A DNA stretch of 60,346 nucleotides from the NCBI GenBank assembly GCA_045837725.1, contig JBEWZL010000100.1, positions 1-60,346 on the forward strand. The letters are read 5' to 3'. Each line of letters begins with the position of its first letter. Position 1 is the stretch's first letter. This stretch comes from Vermamoeba vermiformis. Taxonomy: Eukaryota. Shown here one piece after another: positions 38,501-50,305 of the stretch. A program made the position numbers and the translations under genes. A model generated the notes under the pieces. That model ran no database searches. It was not told where the DNA came from and saw only the letters and a program-made list of their open reading frames with translations.

Positions 38501-39678
38501 AGAAGAGAGGCCAAACAATAACCGTAGAAGGTGTCAAATATGTCGACTTTAGGAATTTGCTCAAATTGCTCTACACTGGCAAAGTTATCGTTCGATCCGA
38601 AGAACGGTACAAAAACTTGCGAGATCTGCTCAAGAAATACCCCTTAGAATTTAAGGACAAGAAATTATACAAAGAGGATGGTCATATAATCAGAATTCCT
38701 ACGAATGCCTTCAATAGCCTCTACAACGACAAGCATACATCCGACATCCGGCTTTTTGTCAACAACAAGCCCTTCTTTGGTCATAAATGGGTCCTCGCCG
38801 CGAGAAGTGGATTCTTCAATGACTTGTTTTCCGAAGACCCCGAAGCCAGCGCGGAGCAACACGAGTGGATCGCCCCGAACGAAACAGATTCGGAGTTGTT
38901 TTCAATAGTATTGCAGTTTATGTACTTGGGTCTGGATGCCGTCGATAACCTCAACAAAATTCTACTAAAAAGGAATAGACGCGTTGTTGAGGACTTGCTG
39001 ACCCTGGCGAGCACGTACCGAGTCCTCGATCTCAAGCTCCGGTGCGAGAAAGCAATGCTGGAATTTTTGGACGCATCCAGCTTACTTTCCATATTTGGAT
39101 TGGCTATCAAAGTCCGCGCGCATCGTTTGAAGGCCTATTGTCGATTCTACCTAGCATTGTCATGGAAGGAGTACGTCAATCTGCCGGAGTATCGCCAGCT
39201 ATTTTTAGAACATAAGGACGAGATGGAACTGGTCGTCAAACAGTCTAAGAACAAGAGGTATTATGCCGATGAAGAGTACCCTGCTTTAAATTTACCAATT
39301 GCCAAATATAGTAATGTTGGATTGCCGCAATGCAATACCGAGGGACCACATCCACAAAATCCCTCAATTTTGAACAGCTTTGGCGGCAGCTTGCCTTCTA
39401 TCAATCAAATCGACGCTAGTTTGCCTAATATGGTTAAACCACCTGGATCCGGTCCGTTTCACTCCACAGTAGCGGTCCCGCATTGGCCGACTACGGATCA
39501 GATGTACATGAACTACATGCCACCTCAGCCAGGCTATGGAGCACCTTACCCTTATATGGCACCGAGTCCTTACGCCGGTTACGTCCCTGGATCCAATCAA
39601 CCTCCGCAACCTATGCCGCAGCCTCCCAATTACCCACCTACTAACGACTTCTCAACGTGGACCAAGAAATGGAATTAA
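35583..39678 (+). CDS. SAP domain - Kelch repeats - 2x BTB/POZ protein with Pro/Tyr-rich tail (LZTR1-like Kelch-BTB-BTB layout)
   Basis: MKVLKLRDELKSRNLSPSGLKSVLVKRL (SAP). Kelch: ARCCHSAT...ILIVGG, RAGHSAT...IFLFGG, RAFHSVV...LYVFGG. BTB: LSDINFRV...AHKSLV and TSDIRLFV...GHKWVLAARSGFF...LQFMY...LKLRCE. Confidence 0.85.
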
Positions 39679-39959
39679 TAATACAACAAAAATGAAACAA
39701 TAATGTAAATACCACAGAACGAACTACCTTGTACAAATAACTTATTTATTGCGAACAATCAAACCCTTTCTTCCTCATGATATCTTAGCCCTTGTAAGAT
39801 TAACGTCATGTAGTAATACTTGAACCCAATGCCTAATTAATTCATGGTCGAACTACACCATTTGTCATTCTTTGAATAAAGTGCATCGTTGAAATTTGAG
39901 TTTTACTTCTAAGATTACAAAAAAGTTGTTTTTTCTATACAAATGAACTGCTGGCCCAT

Positions 39960-42900
39960 TTATTTGGGCAAGTTCATCTTCTCTAACGTCTCCTGAATCT
40001 CCGCAAAGGTCGGTCTCTTCTCTGGATCGTCGTCCCAGCAGTGCTTGACCAGCGCAGCCCATTCGTCGGGGACTTCAGGAGTAAGTTGTGGCCTCAAGCC
40101 CTTTGTAGCCACATGCAAAATTACTTGGAATGGCGGTACGTTTTGATACGGATCGGATCTGAAACGTGCGATGAGATGCGTTTCTTTGAATTGAATATGT
40201 TGACTTACCTTGTTGCCATCTCCCATAAACAAATGCCAAAACTATAGACGTCCGCTCGAATACTATACGTTTGATGTCGTAACACCTCAGGCGCTGCGAA
40301 TTTGAAATTACGTTAGCGCATCTGCTTCTAAAAATAGAAGGTCGAAATAAGAGCGGATCTTACCTGTCCAACAAGGAGTACCGCATGCAGTCATAGTCGA
40401 AGTGCACTTCTCTTCAATCATTTTGGATAAGCCAAAATCAGCGACTTTGACTTTCCAATTATTATCGACTAATAAATTATGCGACTTCAGATCGCGATGA
40501 ATAATGTTCGAACAGTGCAAGAAGTTCATGCCAATAGCTGCGTCAATAGCCATTCTTCTTAATAGCTCCCAGCTGAGCGGCACGTTCGGATCATGCAAGA
40601 CTTGCCAAAGAGATCCTTTAGGCATGTACTCCGTGATGATACAAATGTCTGGCCATTCAGTACTCGCGCCCATGAATGTTAAGACATTAGGATGACGAAG
40701 GCTCCTATAATTAGCTCAAAGTTAGTAGCCACATCCAGTACGCAGCGGAAAGAAATTTAATTTCAATTCAAAATTACTCGAAATATGGTATTAACTCATT
40801 ATGGCTAGCCCAGCGAAAGCCTTATTAGCATTTTTGAACTATAATTTCCGGAAATTTAAAATTTCGGATTGGATGTACCAAACTTACTTCATAATCTCAG
40901 CCTCGCGCAACATATCCTTCATAAAATTCTGCGTAATATTGACAGTGGGCATCTTCTTAATAGCGACCTCAGTGCCGCGCCAATATCCTCGATAAACATC
41001 GCCAACACTGCCTCGTCCAATGCGCTCCTTCAAAACGATCTCTGAAATATCGACCATTGCATTTTCTAATAGGCATTAGTATGTACTAGTGAATCAAATA
41101 TGTCGAAGGAGCGGATCTGCTCGTAAAATACAAAATTATGTTTCTAGATGTACTTACCTAATCGTTCTTTTGAAGGAATGCTCCAGTAACCTTTACGAAT
41201 ACTACGACGTCGTTGCACTATTAAGAATACAACACTGACTATCGTTAATAGGACTAAAATTCCTCCAGTCACGTAAAGCCAGATCAGATTCGATTCTTCG
41301 TCTTCAGCGCGTTCCACTAATAATAATGATTAGATATACTGTCCATAATAAACATATAATTTCAAACTTACTTTCGAAATTAAAGATAACAGAGCTGGAA
41401 GTAAACTGCTGACCGTTCTCGCTCACCGTTAGGTTGACCGCAGATCCGGTGAATAACGGTGCCGTGCATTGAATAGACCGCTGATCGATATATGTAGCAG
41501 GTACTACTATTGTTCCAAACTTGCAAGACAAATAAGGTGTTTGGAAGAAGCCGGTTCCGTACACGGTAATTCTATCGCGGAATGTTAGGTGAGACTGTGC
41601 TTACTTTGAATAATAGTATATTACTTACAGCGATCCATTAAAGCCAACAGCAGGATCAATAGACTTAACTATTGGTTGCTCTAAGAAAAAAATTAATAAT
41701 TTTTTCGGATGCGATTTTGTCGTATGACTTACGATAATAAGTGACCTGCTTTTGAATACTAGTCTGATTGAAATGCGACTCGTTAAGTACGATAGTCATA
41801 TTCATAGTCGTTGCTTGCGTCGTATTCGGCGCTACGCAAGTAACCAACGTGCTATTTAAAAGAGTCGCTGGAACATTTTTGTCGTCGAAAACGCCTAATT
41901 AATAAAGACGAATATTAATATTATACCGTACGATTTGTAACGTAAACGAGACTTACATGAATAATTGAAAATAGGAGTAAAACTATCAGCTGTTACTTGC
42001 AGCAGTGTTCCTCCTTCGAGCGGGATGTATTCAGGCGTAACACTTTCAAGAGCAGGCGTAGCTATAATATAAAACAGTATTATTAATACAACAGCATTAT
42101 TTGTCGCGTACGGGCTTCAACAAAAATTTCCTCAAAAAAATAGCTTCCTGGCCCGAACAAAAAAAAACCAGGAATTGCCTTTACCCGAGTTAGATTTCCT
42201 GAAATTTCACTCGCGTACTGGAAAGATTTTGACCGTCAAAGTTGCGCTAATTTTTGGTCGTCAAAAAAAAAAAGAAACGCCAGTACGAATTGAATATTGA
42301 ATTGTAATGTAGTTAATATAGCTTACCTTGTACTGCGAGCAACTTAATATCGACGTAGGACATGCATATCGAGTTCTCATTCAAAATTTTTATCGTGAGA
42401 TGGTTAGCCTGCTGATATCGGTAATTGAGCCAAATAGACTGAGTATTTTTGACCGTCGCTACCAAAGAAAAGTTAGAATAGTATTCAAAGCACGAAATGT
42501 GGCTCGCAAAATAAATAAAAATTGACTGAAGAGAATATTCGGTACGATTTTCCGCTTGGATCTAATTCGTAACTTTGTTCTTATCATAAGAAAGCTTAGT
42601 ACTTACTCGTAACTACGCAATTAGCGCATATACAGCCTAAATATCTCGTAGGCAAGCCTCCAGTCATCACGTTATCGCCATTCACGGTCTGAATAAAAAT
42701 AAAAATTAGATCTCCGCTACACGAGGCTTAATGTACTTACAATAGTGACAGTCGTGTTAGCATCGAATAACGAGCACGCAAATCGACCATATAGCGTCAA
42801 TTCGACACCGAGCAGCAAATAACCAACTGGTAATGGATCCGCGAAAGTCGACACGCCCTATGATAAAACATACACTTAATATTAACATCCAATACCGCTT

Positions 42901-43676
42901 TGTCGTATATGGTTATAAAGCTACGCAATGAGGCATCATTGGCTCATTTTACGATTACCAAGATCCGCTATTTCGCCAGCGATTAAAATTTAAGAGCATT
43001 TTAAAATATTAAGGCTAATTAAGATCTTATAGTCTAATAAATACCTCGTTCCAATTGCCAACGCCCCAACTGCAAGCAAAGTCAGAAGCTTTAATTTCAT
43101 TCGAGCTGCAATGGATGCATCCAGTTCCACCGCCCGTGTAATAAGTTCTAGTAGTGAATTCCTGTACATCCGCAGCATGGCGCTCTATTACATAATATTA
43201 ATAATATTATCGATATTAAATATTCTAGATGAATCGAACTGAATCGACCTTTCAAATGTCAAACAAAAAAATCAATGTAATTTTGTGAGTTTTTGAGGTC
43301 CAATTTTAGCATATAATAGGAGTATTATAGGACATTCAATATATATGCTAATTCTTTGTAAAACACGGATCAGATTAATAAGATTATTTTCTGATATTTG
43401 ATCTAGCCGTTATTTTGAAAATAATGCGGATATATTGATCTTAATAGTAAATATATATCATAAAAATCATATTCCTAACTATGATAGGTGTAATTTTGAC
43501 CACCACGAAATTTGGGGTGAAATTACAAGATTGAGCAGATTTGCTTCTAAAATAGCAATAATAAGCATTATATCATTCTATTACTTACTATATTGCACTA
43601 TATCCTCTGAATATCCTAAGCAGTCTGGGATCACGACCATAACTATACACAAGGCAACGATCAAACCAAATCCCAT
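39960..43676 (-). CDS. Single-pass receptor TKL-family protein kinase with IPT/TIG extracellular domains (Dictyostelium Drk-like)
   Basis: Signal peptide MGFGLIVALCIVMVV at ATG 43676. Cys-containing domain (CSWGVGNWNE-GVSTFADPLP), TIG repeats (PEYIPLEGGTLLQV; CKFG...CTAP...LTVSENGQQF), TM helix, kinase (IGRGSVGDVYRG, VAIK, IIHRDLKSHNLL, DFG, GTPCWTAPE, DVYSFG, CWDDDPEKRPTF). Confidence 0.9.
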
Positions 43677-44146
43677 ATTGTTTACAGAATACTAATTATA
43701 CAAAATCACGAATATATACAACAATAATAAATATGATTATAAAGTCATTCTGTTGTTGACTCTCAACAAAAATCTTCAATAAAATGGGCCTATGGAATTG
43801 TGCGAGAAAATTTCCATTCCGGTATGGTCCCAATGTGTGCTCACACGTCAAAGATACTTGTCGTCATACAATAGAATAGCAATGCACGGGTGATATTATC
43901 ACAAGAACCAATTGAGACCCTTTGACATCCAAATCCAGCAAGACGGCAAATCTAAAAGTCATTTGAGCGGATCTTCTCTCTCGTTTAAACTCAGCTAATA
44001 GACGGATAACCTTTATACGCTCCCGCCTTTGGGGTCTGTTTCTGTTAAATACACGAAATGCCACGTAGCAGCCAATTGAAAAAGGAATTCCAAAAAGCAG
44101 CAGTTTCAATAATTCGAATCTATGAGCACCATAGCACTCTGTAATA

Positions 44147-46263
44147 ATGCGCGGAGTTACTTGTAATATAGTTGCTTTGCTAGTGCTGCTGGTAAGTCCA
44201 GATTGGAATCTGAGAAAGTCTTAAATATCGCTAACGAACTTCAATTCATTAGATAATAGCACTAACATACGCCGAAAAAGATAGTACATTACGTATGGTA
44301 TTTGTAATCACTCGCCATGGTGATCGGTAATTCAAAACGATTTTATTGAATTAATTTTGAATTTTACTGATTATTTTTCAGCACTCCAATTCATTTATTT
44401 GCGAATAACCCGAACCATTGGCATGAAGGATTAGGTAATATCTCATACTGATATTTTTCTGTAATATTACTAAGATCTACTTTAGGTCAATTAACCGGCG
44501 AGGGAATGAGACAACATTATTTGTTAGGTCAAAAATTCAGGTAATTACGCCTTATTAATATTATACGACCTTATTATTGACATCAATATCAGACACAAGT
44601 ACGTGGATGAGTTGCAGTTCATTTCGGGCACTTTCAATATTAGCGAAGTTTATGCGCGTGCAACTGGAAAAGATAGAACTTTAATGAGCGCTCAGGTGTG
44701 TCATTTTTCCTATTATTTTATTTATCTAAGTTCAATATTTTAAAAAAAATTGTTGTTGGATGCCAGATCTCGAGTTTCCGACAAGTCTTTAATAACAATA
44801 TTTTTCATATAGAGCTTTATGTTAGGCATGTTCCCGCCGGGCACAGGTCCTAACGCATCAACGGTGAAAGAATCAGCACTGCCTTACTCGATCCAACCCG
44901 TGCCAATCCATGCTGCAACACCGAGCCACGATATTTTGCTGCACGCGTATAAGAACTGTCCGAGGTACTTATTATATTAAAACACTAATAATACTAAGAT
45001 ATATTATATGCAGCTATCTGTAATTTATTGCGAATGGAGATCTGATATTAATATTTTTTTTGTTGCTTAGATTGTCGGAGTTAAAAGACGAAGTTAAAAA
45101 TTCCGCGGAATGGAAGCAAAGAGAAGAAGAAAACAAAGAGTTTTTGAAACAATTGGCCACTGTCTTCGGCGAGAAGAAAATATCTTTGTCTAAAGTGTCA
45201 GGTACGCAGATCCATTGATGCTTTTACCAAATATAGTAATCATCTCATTGACGTTGATATTTGCAGCTGTGTATCACGTGGTCAATAGCGAAGAAATTCA
45301 TCATCAGAAACAGATCCCGGGTCTCACGCAAGAAATGAAAGCAAAGATTGCCGAGATCAAAGATTGGGTCGTACGTGCCTCTCATTATCAAATTTACTAT
45401 ATATGGTAATAACTAGGCTGTCTATTTTTAGTTAGCGCAAAAGTTTAAGACACGCGAGATGGGTCGAATGGGCGCAGGAAATTTATTAAATGATGTACGT
45501 ATAATAATGTATTTCCTGCGAGATTTGTTGGGCTTGTGTGGCTGATGCTATTTTTAGATTATTAACAAAATGCGTCACGTGGAGGAACAAGGCCATGCAC
45601 ACGGAGTACACCGCACGGAAAAAGAACAAAAATCAAAAATATTGCCCAAGTTCACGCTGTTCAGTGGTCACGATGGAACTATATTGGCTTTACTTAGCGC
45701 TATGGGTTTGAAAAACTACAGTAAGTGCTTGCAATCCCGGATCCACTATTACCATATTTGGAAAAAAATTAGGAATTGTATTTTATTTTTTTTTATGTCT
45801 ATGAACCGACATCGCGTGTCTGACGTTATCTATATTTAGAAATACCCGAGTTCGCATCATTCATTGAAATTCAATTGCACGAGAGTACATCTGGCGAGTT
45901 CCGTGTGTCGATCAGCTACGACGATGAGAATTTGATTCCTGAGTGCAAGAACTCGTGTTCATTGCGCGACTTTGAGCTGTAAGTATCATCGATGGCAATA
46001 GTACTGCAACAGCATTTGTTCTAAGAATTTTTTTGACCGACAGATTAATGGCCGATGGAATATCTCATAATTGGGACGAAGAATGCAAAGCTAAGAATAT
46101 TGAGAGCCTTTCAAGCAATACTAGCACCAAAACTGTTGTTCAGAGCAGCACTTCCGACAATCAGTCGCTCGTTATGGCCGTTGCCGGATTCGCTTTCGGG
46201 TTTGTTGCAGCATACGTCTTAATGTTATTTTCGGGAAAGAAAGAGCACAATAAGAAAGAATAA
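44147..46263 (+). CDS. Histidine acid phosphatase (lysosomal-type) with signal peptide and C-terminal TM helix
   Basis: MRGVTCNIVALLVLL leader, VFVITRHGDR-TP, GQLTGEGMRQHYLLG, DRTLMSAQ, FSGHDGT, TM LVMAVAGFAFGFVAAYVLMLF. Confidence 0.92.
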
Positions 46264-46540
46264 AGTACCAAAAGACCTTATGCTGTAAATCCTGTTTCTA
46301 CACAACACATCCGATCAAACAATCAAAAGTTAGATCTTGCTTCCGTACCTCGGATACAACTACTAATCGACATTATTTTAGTACTGGAGGTCTTCAGCGT
46401 CCCTCCTGTACCTAATAGTACACTTTTGTATTCTTGAGAATCAGATGCAGTAAAAATTTGCGAAGCTGAGAATTTTCTAAGTTAAACCCGAAGATAAATA
46501 CTGCTCAAATCGAAAAATTTAGTTTACCAGATAATTCACA

Positions 46541-46999
46541 ATGAATCAACCAAATCAAAACAACATTGATATCGATCTGTCTATCGCTCAGATCGCAGAC
46601 TTCGTGCAGATTATTTTTTCTAACCCTGGAGCACCTGTAGACCGCATCATGGAAATTTATGCTAATATATTTAATGTTGTTACCACTATAGGAGGAAAGG
46701 ATAAACTACGAACGCGCACAACAACTCAGCTGGAAATTTGTTTCGTCAAATTTCAAGAGCAGATTCGCAGTAGCATCACTTGCAATCCCTGCGAAATAGA
46801 AGCCAAGAGTACAGAACAGTTGTTAAAAGATATTGAAAGTAGTTTGAACATGTTTAAGTCAGTTTTTAGCTATGAAGCCAGAAGCACAGCAAGCGGAGAA
46901 AAAAGTTTGTTTGACATCGCTCAAGATTTGAAAAGAAAATATATCTTAGAAGACAATGTAGTTAGCTATCATATCGGGGACATAAAACACAATCAATAA
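46541..46999 (+). CDS. Intronless 152-aa ORF resembling only the first cullin repeat
   Basis: MEIYANIFNVV...KDKL...LEICF...MFKSVFSYEARS...SLFDIAQDLKRKYI parallels cullin repeat 1 (M.LY..VYN.C; M...IF.YLDR; SI..LGL..F). ATG in a caca-ATG context and a TAA stop. Confidence 0.55.
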   Translation: MNQPNQNNIDIDLSIAQIADFVQIIFSNPGAPVDRIMEIYANIFNVVTTIGGKDKLRTRTTTQLEICFVKFQEQIRSSITCNPCEIEAKSTEQLLKDIESSLNMFKSVFSYEARSTASGEKSLFDIAQDLKRKYILEDNVVSYHIGDIKHNQ

Positions 47000-47051
47000 A
47001 AATTAATAGCCAAATTTTGCTTTCGAACTTTACTACTTTAAAGCAGCTCCA

Positions 47052-50000
47052 TTACAAATGATCCAATTTTGTCGAAGCAAGCGTAGATAATTGCTTATAA
47101 CTAAATACACCCTATTAGAAGCCATATTAACCAGTTTAAGACTTACATAATGTTTCGGAGGTGAGCCTCAACGAACAACTTGAACTTGGAAAGAAATCGC
47201 TCCACGCAATCCAAAAATATTTTAGCTTTGATTTCCACCTAAGTAATATTCGATTAATATGCATTATATTTTATCTTTAATCATAATACGAACCTTTTCT
47301 TCATTCGGTACGTTTTCTATCATAGCGTTTTCTGCATCCATATCGATCTCAGTCAGCTCAATATCGATCAACTGGTTCAACCATACATGCTCGAACTTAT
47401 TTTGTGGCAAAATAAGCTCTTCTAAGCACCGTTGAATGGTTGAAATAATTTCTTCGAAAAATTCCGATTTTTTTTCGTGTACTGACTCTGCAGCTACATT
47501 GACGAGTGTTTTCAAATACTTAACTATTAATAGTCGAATATGAGGACACCAAGCCAATGCTGTCTTTTGATACTCATTCGTAATCGCGTCGTGTAGCTGT
47601 CTTTGCGTTAATTTTTTGGGGTTCCAAATTAGGCAATCGTACGTTTGACTTACGCTTTTAATTCCGCGATCCTCCATGTAGCGTAATCCGTTAATAATTT
47701 TTCCCTTGGAGCTGTTGTAGCTGTCTTTCAGGACCTCAAACACGTAGTCAATCAATCGTTGACAGTTGACGCCGCCACAGACTCTATTTGCTGAAAATCG
47801 AACTAATGCAATAACTACGGATCAATCTCGATTACTAAATAAGGAAATGAGCCGTTCAAACCTTTGGCTAATTCAGGATATGAAGGTTCTTCGTGGAAGT
47901 GTCGTTGAATATCTTCTTCTAGGGTAGTAAGTTGCGTGATCGATCGTGAATGAAATCCGCTCATCAATTCTTGTACACGCGTGACGGTCGCTACCAAACA
48001 CGTGGCTTTAGATTTCGGTGAAATTTCGTTGACTTCGGGGACGTCAATCTTTGTCATTTTAAAGCTCAATTTTGGAGAGTTGAAACTCCATCCTAATAAT
48101 ATTATATATTAATGGCTTGTTATATGTTATATTTTGTAATTACCGTTGCTACTGGATAGAGAATTGGGTCCGGATCCATTGGATCTTCGACTGCCTTTCA
48201 GATCGATTGGTTCAGTAGCACTGCGTGGACTTGATATTGCCTTTTTAGGTAATACTACATCGCCTACACTAACTTTCGTAAGTCGAGCGTTCTTAGTAAT
48301 GTAAAGTTTTGGGGTCCATGCTGTCGAACTGCTTTGCATGTAGTGCCTATGTGGCGCAATAGTCTTTTTTGCAATTTTTTTGCGTAGTTCTGATAAATGC
48401 GATTGTAGGTCATGTAAATTGACTATAGGACATTTCAAATCATCGGTTGATTGAGGTTGCTGGATCACGTTGCCGATCTTAAATTGAAATACTAACATGG
48501 CTACCTCTTGATCGGTGCCATTGACCTTCAAATAATGAGTGTGTTCGAGACATTCTATATGCACTAATTTATATAGTTCTTCCCATCGCCTATCAATTAG
48601 ATCTGCCAAATTATTCATGACGTTTGTTTGCGACAGTGCAGATCCGTTAGATCTAGTCAAAAAAATGTTAAATCAATATAATAGCGTATATATTACATAC
48701 TTTAGTGATACCGATGATGGCCGTTGTTTTTTATCGTGGATTATTGATGAAATATTTGCGCGGTGTCCTTCATTTGTCAAAGGTCCTTTTATAGGTGCAC
48801 CTCCTGAGTGGTTAATCCATTCGTGAGTATGCTCTAATGATTTCTTATATTCTTCTTCTATAATTTTGTATTCTGCTTCAAAACTGTCGCAAATCTGCGA
48901 GACGAATTGAACGAAATCTGAATCCATCTCCACCAGTTTACATTTTTTGTGCAGTTCTAGGTATAGTGAGCATAATATAGTCTTTTTCTCTTCATTATCG
49001 AAGGTCATTTGTCGCAACTCTTTGTACTTAGAGCACAAAAAGGTAATGAAATCTTGATCCCCTGTCAACTCTTCAAAAAATTAAATTGGCTTTATTTGAA
49101 TAATTATAATTACCTTTTTTAATATCAGAAAAATTGCTTTTAACCATATCAAAGAAGAAAGGAAACCGCAAATCGCATAAAACCAAAATTGTTTTTTTGC
49201 GATCTTGCCTGTCCATAGCAGGAAGGTGCTCCATACATTCTAACGCTATCTTATTGTCTTCAACAGATAAATTAACATTATTGTCCAATTTGGACTTTAA
49301 ATCAGCCCAGCTGTGGTCCATGATTTTATTGCAATAATTATTTTACACGCCAGAAAGAAGCCAAACTAAATTGCTGCGGCAAGAAGCCGATATACGCGGT
49401 ACAAACTGCGCATATAATACTGATATTACTTCGCGAATCCAATTAAGCCTCATTGGATTCAGATCCGGATTTGTTGGTTCCGTAGGCAAGCTTATTCCGC
49501 CACTAATTATTTGCGATGTAATAACTTCGATATCCTCTGTTATATTATTCTTATAATTTAATAATCTGCTTTCTAAACTGCTTGATCCAGTCAATTCTTT
49601 TTTTTCATCGGATTTTACAAACGGCAATCCTTTTTAATGCGAACTATTAACGTCATAAATATTAATAAAAATGCATATACTCACCACTATTCCGTAAGTT
49701 TGTTTTGTTGAGTACTTTAGAGCACATCTCTGACACGGACGAAGAAACGATGTCCGTGGCGACGTTAATAAATATCTTCTCGCACTTTAAAGGATTAATT
49801 ACGCCTTATAATTCATATATAATAAACTTACAATTTCAGTCCAGCCTGGAGCTCGATTATTTGGCTGCATTGCCCCGAGAAAAGTGACAACGAGATCTTC
49901 AGTCACATAGACCCACACGTCTTGCTGAATTTTTGCTATTAATCGAGACAACTCTTCCTCTTATAATACATAATCTATCAATTGATCGTTTAATAATTAA

Positions 50001-50125
50001 TTAAATTCGAATTTACCACAAATTATCTGAATGTCACTTTTGATCTGCGTTTCTTCGTCGCTATTTATCGAGCTAATAGAACTTCTATGACTCTCCAAAT
50101 TATTATATCTCGATAAGTGCTCCAT
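47052..50125 (-). CDS. Uncharacterised multi-exon alpha-helical protein
   Basis: ATG 50125 (MEHLSRYNNLES). A chain of ~10 minus-strand ORF segments bounded by GT-AG ends in ...LSTLASTKLDHL TAA at 47052. No recognisable motif. Confidence 0.6.
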
Positions 50126-50305
50126 TATGTATTTTCTGTTGTTGGGGCTGAATCTGACAAAACAAAGTTGAAATTTGCCTGTTACTTTGGATGAAACATC
50201 ACGTGACGTCTAATCTGTGTAATTCATTACATTCTAAAGTGAGTTAAAGAGCCAAATTAGAAGAAATGTTGTTGGTCGGGGGTCAATCCGTTCTGCCGGC
50301 CTTTT

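Noticed and set aside
43864-44109. 81-aa ORF between the kinase and phosphatase genes
   Set aside because: Non-ATG start, located in a divergent promoter region, no recognisable motif.
421-46999. A functional cluster of ubiquitin-system genes (F-box, UBL, BC-box pair, BTB, mini-cullin)
   Set aside because: These families are large in amoeboid protists and are interspersed with unrelated genes, so clustering cannot be supported without genome-wide statistics.
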